Origin: Trypethelium eluteriae
Taxonomy: Eukaryota
Reading direction: 5' to 3'
DNA length: 32,070 nucleotides
NCBI GenBank assembly: GCA_051942245.1
Contig: JAVECL010000263.1
Location: 1-32,070 of the forward strand
Made by a program: the position numbers and the translations under genes. Under the pieces are notes generated by a model. That model was not told the origin of the DNA and ran no database searches. It was given only the letters and a program-made list of their open reading frames with translations. This document shows positions 23,491-32,070 of the stretch, piece after piece. Each line of letters opens with the position of its first letter. The stretch's first letter is position 1.

Positions 23491-23811
23491 CACCGAGACA
23501 CGTCTACGTCATGCGTGTTTTGGTTTAACGGAAAAGGGGAAGGCGTCAGCAAATTGCTGGTTCACTCGTGAATTATCACACAAATTATACAAACAGCCCC
23601 AAAACCAGGGTAGTGACGCTCGCCTCTCACTCATTGCTTCCTTCAGTTCTCACATTTGCTGCCTGGATCACAATTTATATTCTCCTCTCAGCAGTCCACA
23701 TTTTGCTTGCTAACTTTTCATTCCTGTGTTTGCCTCTTGGTAGTCTTTCAGGCTGGTTTACTCAATCCTCGTCTTGAGGTCACTTCGGATATTGACGGAT
23801 TGATGGTCACC

Positions 23812-26800
23812 ATGGCTGGCAAGGCCACGCAGCGTGCTCGTCCCCTACAGCGGAAACGTTGCCGTACCAGTGATTCTAATCCAGCTTCCAGTCAACAATC
23901 TTCCCATGCGGAGGAGCATGAACAAATAAAACTAGAAGTCGTTGCTCGCTCACGCTCTCAAGACGGAGAAGATCATGGCCCAAAGCCTAAAAAGCTTCGA
24001 ACACATGGAGCTAAAGCAAAGAAGACATCGATTGAGGAAACACATCAAGTCAGCACTGTCTACGGCGATGTCCATGAAGAGGAGGTTGATGGACCGGACA
24101 ACACGCTAGACAAGCATGTCCATTTCTCTGAGCGCCAAGAAATTGATACCATACCCGCGCTCTCAACAGAGATAACATCAGAAGTTTCTCGCACGTCGTT
24201 ACCACCGCTTCTAACAAGGAAATCAGCGAATAGACATCACGATGAACGAGCTTCACTTCCTCCAACACTCACCGGCTCTCCTGTATCTTTTCAAGAGCTC
24301 AACTTCTCCCCTCTTCGTACAATCATTGATGAAAGAATGCGGCGGAGATTACGACGTAGCCACCTTAGTGAGGAGGTCAATAGCATTGAGCACGAACAGA
24401 GGGAAGAGCGCAAGGCGAGCCGTAAAGCCGCTCAAGATCTTTCAAAGGCCAAAGAGGAAATCAAGGACCTCCAGCTCGAAGTTGAACTCCAGCGTCAATT
24501 GGGTATTGATGTGGGTAGCGAAGCTGAGGCGAAGGTTCATGCTATGGAAGACGAGCTCAAAACATTGAAGCAGAAGATGCATGAAATGGAAGAACAGCAC
24601 ATTCACAATGTTGATTTAGATAATGCCAGCATCGATGACAGCGACGACACGCAACTCTTCATTGATCCTGAGGATATTCCAACGTCCCCATTAGAGAGCA
24701 AAGGGACGAAAATTGCTGGTAACGGCGTCTTCGCGACACCCGAACGTGCTGTTGTCGATGGATCAACGCAGATATCTTCGCACGATCCTATGACGCAGAA
24801 AGAGCGAGAAGACTTTGAACAAGCAATCGTTAACAAAAACCGAGAATTGGGCGATGTCAGGTCTGACCTCCAGATTCTACATATCGAGCTATCTAATATC
24901 GGCTTCACCAATGATGGTGAGATCCCAAGCGCAGTTATGGTTGTTCGTTCCATTCGCGATGCTTTCGATCAAACCCGGGCCAGACTAGAAGATGTGCTTC
25001 CCAATTCAATCTCGAACATTACTTCAAACAGGACGCTTCTGACACACCTCGAGCAGCAGTTGTGTCACCTGCTTGAATGTCAGAGAGAATCTGAGGCGAA
25101 ACTTCTGGATCATAAAAATATGAAGGTGCTTCTGGAGACTCAGTGCAACGGTCTCCTGGACAAGTTGACCGACATGGACATCCGCCAGCAGATGCTAGAG
25201 ACTCAATGGCGTGACCTCGATGGCAGCAACGAACAGAAAGGAAGGCGTATTGTCGAACTGGATGAGCTTACGGCAAGCTTGCAACGCGTAATTGATGAAC
25301 GTGATATGCTGCTCCAGGAAAAGGCAGAATACAGCGTGGCCCTCGAACAGGAAACTCAACAGCAGTCTCGTGACCTTGAAAAATTACGTGCAGCTCTTGA
25401 CAGCTATAGGGATGAGGTCAAGAAGTTGGAACTCCTCATATCGCGGCAGGAGAAGGATCACGAAGACCAAATTCAAAACATTAACAGGGATCACGAGACG
25501 CAGATCGGCATATTGAACCAATCACTTGAGACTGAGAAACAACATCTAGCCATTGCTGAGGCTGAGATTTATACCAAAACGGCAAGTATTACTGCTCTGG
25601 AGCTCAGGCTAGAAGAAGAAGGAGCTCGCGTCGATATACTGAAAGCCCAACTTGCTGATGCAGTCGACGAAGCCAGTACGCAAACTTCTCAGCGCGAGGT
25701 GGCTGAAAACGAAGTTGCAACGAAACAGACTTTCATCAAAGGCCTCCAGGAACAGATTGCTGATTCCGAATCCACTCTAGAAGAGACGAGAGCAGCGCTA
25801 ACAAAGGTGAAGCAAATCCACAGCACAGAGCGTTGTCAACGTGAAAGCGCCGAGGCGGCACTTGATGACGCCAACGAGAAAGTCTCAAGGCTAGAAAATG
25901 AGATCAATCATCGTGGCGTCCTGGCGAATGAGTTGCGTCAAAAGATCTTTGAACTGCAAGTCGCCAAGGAAGAAGCCCTCAAAGATCTCAACACCAAAGC
26001 CGCGCAAGTCGAGAATGGTCTCCGTCAAGACCTCAACAACGAAACAGAGCACCGCAAGGAGCTTGCGCAGCGCATCGCTAAGCTCCAAGATGAGAAGACC
26101 GGCCTCGAAACTGAGCTCGCGGGAACCGAACAAGATATGGCCGATGCCCTCAGAGAAAAGGACGACATCATTCAATCTCAAGCCACCGACCTTATCGACC
26201 TTGGCGATCAACTCGCCAACACCACCTCCCGCCTTAACACCATCACCGCTGACCTCGAGAGCCTCAAGAAGCAGAACCGAAAAGAGACGTCTTCCCTTCG
26301 TGCTGACCTGCATAACGCCAACACTGATATCAACACCCTCACAAATAACGTTGCGGTACTTGAGCACGCAGCACAGGACACCGCGGCTCAGAACGCCGAT
26401 GCTGTCCGCACACGCAATGAGCACATTGATGAGTTGCAACATGCGCTTGAAAATGAGCGCGAGAGCGGGGAACAGTTGCGGGCTGAAAAGGCGTCGCTAG
26501 AGAGAAGGGTCGAGGCAGAGGCGGAGGCGATGTTAGATTCGCAGAACACGAGCGCGAATACGATCGCGAGGTTGAGGGAGGAGCTGGCAGCGAGAGGAAA
26601 GGACGTCGAAGAGTGGGACGCGAGATTCAAAGACCTTGAGTCGCGGCTCGATGCTGCAGTGAAGAAGAGGGATGAGGAGATTCAAGAGTGGAAGGATACT
26701 CTGTGGGCGAGGGACGAAGAGATCCACGAGCTGAGTGCTGATAATAGAGACTTGAAGATGAGGTTAGTGCAGATGGTCAAGGGTTCAAAGGATGCCGTGA

Positions 26801-27084
26801 CCACGATCAAACAAGGCTTTGATGCTTTGGTCAAGGGGACAGGACAGAAGGAGCTGGATGTTGAGGTGTTGGGTCACACTCTATTGCATGACGTCGATAC
26901 GACTGACATAGACGTTGACGCGATGCCTGGAGTGGAAAAGGAGCAGAAGGAGGATATGAAATTACCGGACCTACCTCATTTTGAGGACAGTCCGGCAGTA
27001 CGGAAGGTACGACGAAGCTCGAGGAAATTGATACGTGACAGTGGCGTGGGGATGGCGTCGTCGGATTCGATTGGCTCTCCTTGA
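23812..27084 (+). CDS. Large intronless coiled-coil protein (~1090 aa), unknown function
   Basis: 3.3-kb open frame with likely start caccATGg at 23812. It has a basic, disordered head, long E/Q/L/K heptad-rich stretches and a basic tail (SPAVRKVRRSSRK..RDSGVG). Confidence 0.9.
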   Translation: MAGKATQRARPLQRKRCRTSDSNPASSQQSSHAEEHEQIKLEVVARSRSQDGEDHGPKPKKLRTHGAKAKKTSIEETHQVSTVYGDVHEEEVDGPDNTLDKHVHFSERQEIDTIPALSTEITSEVSRTSLPPLLTRKSANRHHDERASLPPTLTGSPVSFQELNFSPLRTIIDERMRRRLRRSHLSEEVNSIEHEQREERKASRKAAQDLSKAKEEIKDLQLEVELQRQLGIDVGSEAEAKVHAMEDELKTLKQKMHEMEEQHIHNVDLDNASIDDSDDTQLFIDPEDIPTSPLESKGTKIAGNGVFATPERAVVDGSTQISSHDPMTQKEREDFEQAIVNKNRELGDVRSDLQILHIELSNIGFTNDGEIPSAVMVVRSIRDAFDQTRARLEDVLPNSISNITSNRTLLTHLEQQLCHLLECQRESEAKLLDHKNMKVLLETQCNGLLDKLTDMDIRQQMLETQWRDLDGSNEQKGRRIVELDELTASLQRVIDERDMLLQEKAEYSVALEQETQQQSRDLEKLRAALDSYRDEVKKLELLISRQEKDHEDQIQNINRDHETQIGILNQSLETEKQHLAIAEAEIYTKTASITALELRLEEEGARVDILKAQLADAVDEASTQTSQREVAENEVATKQTFIKGLQEQIADSESTLEETRAALTKVKQIHSTERCQRESAEAALDDANEKVSRLENEINHRGVLANELRQKIFELQVAKEEALKDLNTKAAQVENGLRQDLNNETEHRKELAQRIAKLQDEKTGLETELAGTEQDMADALREKDDIIQSQATDLIDLGDQLANTTSRLNTITADLESLKKQNRKETSSLRADLHNANTDINTLTNNVAVLEHAAQDTAAQNADAVRTRNEHIDELQHALENERESGEQLRAEKASLERRVEAEAEAMLDSQNTSANTIARLREELAARGKDVEEWDARFKDLESRLDAAVKKRDEEIQEWKDTLWARDEEIHELSADNRDLKMRLVQMVKGSKDAVTTIKQGFDALVKGTGQKELDVEVLGHTLLHDVDTTDIDVDAMPGVEKEQKEDMKLPDLPHFEDSPAVRKVRRSSRKLIRDSGVGMASSDSIGSP

Positions 27085-27832
27085 GCTCGTGCGTCAAGAA
27101 GGATGGTGTAGGAGTGCACCATTGTCTTGTGTTCTGGCTGATTCAGAGGATTGGAAAGCGTCTTGGGAGTTAGAGAGTGAGATGATGTGTTGGAGCAGGG
27201 GCCAAATTGGTGGCAATGAGAGTCTGTCGACTATTTCTCCTTTGTATCTAGGTTTGGTTATTTCTTTTTTTTTTTTTTTGGGAAGGCGGGTCATGACGGC
27301 GGGAGTTAAGGTAAGAGTAATGATGAAGATGGTATTGTCTAGAACTTCTCTTTCAAATCAACCTAAACAAGCGGGAGGATGGGCCCTGGGAGTAATCATT
27401 AATAGACAAATTCATTTCTTATCTATGACAGCATCAGCGTGCTCGTCTCTATAGCTCGTTTCTCATAATCGTCTGTGTTGTATTTCCATATCTTACGACT
27501 TAAGCGTCAGGTCTTTGGAAGACGTATCCTCACATGTCCTCCACCCACCTGACCAAACTCCTTGCTGCAGCGCTCATCTTTCATCTCTTGAATCCGGGGT
27601 TTTCTCCAACTGTCTTCGGCCGATATCTAGAACGAAAGCTTGCGGAAATATGTACATTAACTTGTGTAGTAAAAATGGCACTTCGAGAGGGTGCTGGCAA
27701 CGCTAAAAGCCTGAGCCTAAGCCAGGATACCGATGATCCAGCTAGCTTCTCACTATGTCGAACGCCAGTGCAGTGCTGAAAGATATGCTGTCTAAGGATA
27801 CTCAAGCGGGGTTGGATGCACGTCACCACCTA

Positions 27833-29016
27833 TTAGTCGAGATCATTCTCGGCGTCGTCTGCCTTTTCTGTTCGAGTGCCTATTAGTAACTCTCCTCTAC
27901 CCGTGTATTGTTAAAAAAAAGGCCTTACCATTCTCAGGCGTCTGCTCTGCTTTCTCACCTTCCTTCGCCGCTTCTTCAGCGGGAACGAGTGTGAATACGA
28001 GAACGAAGAGCAAGTCGCCGGTTGCTTTGTTGCGGAGAACGTATCTAAGCGAGTGATCGCTGAGATTAGCAAGTCAGAAGATTTCTACGAAAGAAAATGG
28101 GGGGCGAAGAAGAACGTAGGCGAATGAAGCTCATGTTTGGCCTAAAGATCAAGCGTATGAATGTGTAATATGAGAGCAAACAGTAGAATAAAAGGTGGAT
28201 GATACCGAAGTGGTTGACCGTCCCAGTATTTGATGATGTTGATGTGGAAGCCAGGAAGGCAAAGGCTGAACTCTACGGACATGTTTAGTTAGCAAAAGTC
28301 CCATTTTACCTCTCGTGCCGAACAGTCCGAATGCTTTACTTACCATTAAAATCCAGGTAAGGGTTGAAGAAATCACATTTATATTCCCTCCCTTCCTCAA
28401 ATGTGAAGTTCTTTCTGTTCGCCTCCGTTAGGTAATATTTCTTCCTCGCTTTTGCATCATCCGGCATCCCACTTTGCTGCCGCACCTCCTCCCCGCTGCC
28501 TACAGCTCCCTCATCCAGTATGTCGTCTTCGTCCTCCTCGGTGTTCTCGACTTCCTTTTCTCTCTCCTTCTCACCTATCTCGAGAATGTTGATACTACTC
28601 AGGAGCGGCCCGTACAGGTAGGGCTCATCGGCATATGGATCGCCATCTAGGCCAGGGTCGATCATCCACTTCACAATATTGAACGCGGTTGAAAATCCAG
28701 GAGGTAGGCGGTCGCGGATAGGGTGGTCGAAGTCATTGCCAAAGACCAGGTCATTACCTGAGATTGAAGTTTTGGGAGTGAAGTTGAAGGATATGTTGTA
28801 TAGATCGGCCTTGTGCTCAGGGCTCGAGAAATAGGGCGAAGTATTGGGAGAGCCATGAGGAAGGCCACGATAGCCTTGGATATTCACATCGACAGTGGCA
28901 TCAATGTGCTCGTTGGAAATTTTGGTGGGCTTTTGCGAATTGACGGGAATGGTAGTATGCGTTGAAGGATCGTATGCCGGGCCACCTGTGACCCGGAGAA
29001 CAAATCTATGAGCCAT
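27833..29016 (-). CDS. DUF1769-family protein. Exons 29016-28344, 28272-28206, 28059 (or 28044)-27929, 27879-27833, plus a probable 5'-UTR intron 29202-29036
   Basis: LRVTGGPAYD, GNDLVFGNDFDHPIRDRLPPGF, IDPGLDGDPYADEPYLYGPLLSS, DFFNPYLDFN, LPGF and YWDGQPLR..YVLRN. Introns are canonical. Confidence 0.88.
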
Positions 29017-29393
29017 CTTCTCAAATCTCTTGCGCCTGTTAGGCAGAAGGGTGAGTGATCGTGTCATTGTAAGGGGCGTGGATGCGCAAGAATTCAGAAG
29101 TTTCGTATAGAAGTGAAGAACTGACGTGAAGGACTGAATTGAAGTTGTACGGAAGTTATTTGTCAAAAGCAAGGACTCGGAAAGGGACAAAGAAAAGCTT
29201 ACCTGCTATATATTTGGGCTAGGGGAGTGAGTACCTGCACAGAGCTTTTGCTTTGGAGGTGGGTGAATCAACAGTTGCTTGAGTGAGTTACATGTGATAC
29301 AGTGCGCGTTATGACGTGGGGCATTCTGGTTTCATCCCAATGACGCGCCTGGACCCTGACCTGACCGCGTCGTACTGAACCCGGCCGGAAGAG

Positions 29394-29417
29394 ACCTTCC
29401 CACCTTCCCACCTTCCC
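29394..29417 (+). repeat. Short tandem repeat (ACCTTCCC)x3
   Basis: Three exact 8-nt copies read directly from the sequence. Confidence 0.8.
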
Positions 29418-30174
29418 ATCGTCTCTCTGTCAGTCGCGTGTCCAGTCACGCAGGTGACAGACAAACGAACGCTCCTTCCACGAGTGTTTACGTGTTAGTA
29501 GTTCAGTCGGGCTGAGTCTCCGTTTTTCCGTCATCCGCATGCTGAGTCACGATAAGTTACTGCCTTATATTCGAGATGATTGCAAACCTCCATACTCAGG
29601 ACCATATTTGCGATCGACTGCATTCGAGGTCTCTATTCACAGCTTGCAGAAATCGGCGATCGAGTAGAAGCTAATGCGACCGAGTGTGGGAGCCATTGCC
29701 GGATACGTAGGTATGCATCAACCCAGTCTTTGAAATCTCAACACCATCTTTTCCAAGCTGGTTACCCGATGAGGAAGTGGGCGACTGTTGGTATTTTGGT
29801 GCGAAGTCCTTGTCCGTTTGAGATTGATCCTTCGAGATCACCAGCAGAAGCACACCAAACTGAGCACCAAATTGCACAATTCGATGACCTGGATCCCCAG
29901 GAATAGTTCATTAAGGGAATGACTGTCGTCCGAAACCCCTTGGTCTCTCGAAGGTGGAGAATTTTATTCGTGCTCGTCTCGATGTCCTTGACCAGCGCAT
30001 TACTGGGTATTTTCGGACCGAATCTATCATCGGAAGCTCCAAATAGAGGGTCTTGAAGTTGACCTTCATGATGGTAATCTGAGAGATGAGTGAATACAAA
30101 CTCGTACTTGGTCGATCAGGTCTGGCCCGATTGCAGATATTTTGAGACGCCTCGATGAATTTTAGATTGGACTG

Positions 30175-31302
<1,128 letters not shown>

Positions 31303-31988
31303 TGAACTCTCGTGTGGTGAGCAATTGGTGGTGAAACAGACTGAAGGGGAGAGGAAGCGCAACTTTTTTGCGGAACCATGCCCGGAAATTACCCAATTCG
31401 GACACATTCATGGATGAGAGGCCCAACTACCTGCATTCCTATGGCACTGTTTCTGAGAACTTTGGTTCAGCAAATAAGAACGCCATAACTTGTTCTGATA
31501 GAAGAGCTCATGGAGCAATGCTTCTTCTGCAAACATCGATCTGGTTAGATCTATTTGTCTGGTGGAGAAATAAGACGAAACTTTACGACTGGTTCAAGAT
31601 TTACTTGAATCATGCTAGGAGCCACAGTATTTCCTACTGTTGGCTATCAAGAATTGACGGCCGTAGATACACATCCGTCGATTAGGCCAAAAGAAGGAGC
31701 TTCATATACCTCAATTAGCGCACTTTAATACTAGGGTAGTATATGGATATCGATACAGAATCGCAGACCTGATACGTAATCACCAGAAACAATATCTTTG
31801 GATATCATCCCATCAATCAATCCGAACCAAGCACATCCTCAGAAACCAATCGCAACAGCCCAAACGAAAACGCCTCACGCAAACCACATACCCCCCCCAA
31901 AAACTCCCTGGATATCATTCCACGTGATCCCAACGCACTCTAGATAGGGCAATCCAAGCCACCCCCTTGAACGCCTCTCCTCCCTCCC

Positions 31989-32070
31989 TCACAACTTCTT
32001 ATCCAACTTCTTCAAAAACCTCCCCACCCCCTTCTCCACACGATCCACCCTCGCCTCAAACTTCCCATTC
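31989..32070 (-). CDS. Probable 3' end of a gene entering from the right (...NGKFEARVDRVEKGVGRFLKKLDKKL*)
   Basis: Open G-rich frame from the edge to TGA at 31991-31989, encoding a basic amphipathic C-terminus. Confidence 0.55.
   Translation of the reverse strand, partial: NGKFEARVDRVEKGVGRFLKKLDKKL

Overview
This is a gene-dense, intron-containing window from a filamentous ascomycete (Pezizomycotina). The short GT-AG introns with CTRAY branch points are typical of that group. I reconstructed 13 complete spliced genes by hand, plus two partial genes at the edges. In order they are: a ZIP zinc transporter head-to-head with an intact DTD-motif (Leptosphaeria-type, proton-pump-like) rhodopsin, an alpha/beta hydrolase, a 6-Cys small secreted protein, an RPEL-repeat protein, mitochondrial isoleucyl-tRNA synthetase, eisosome Pil1/Lsp1, an atypical GH28, a 92-aa 11-mer-repeat protein, an FBXO31/Pof7-like F-box protein, a ~1090-aa coiled-coil protein, a DUF1769 protein and homoisocitrate dehydrogenase. 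I saw no RNA genes, CRISPR arrays or intact mobile elements. The most interesting spot is the zinc transporter / rhodopsin divergent pair, whose shared intergenic region carries ZafA-like and PacC-like motifs and short tandem repeats. A functional link between the two genes is only a hypothesis.
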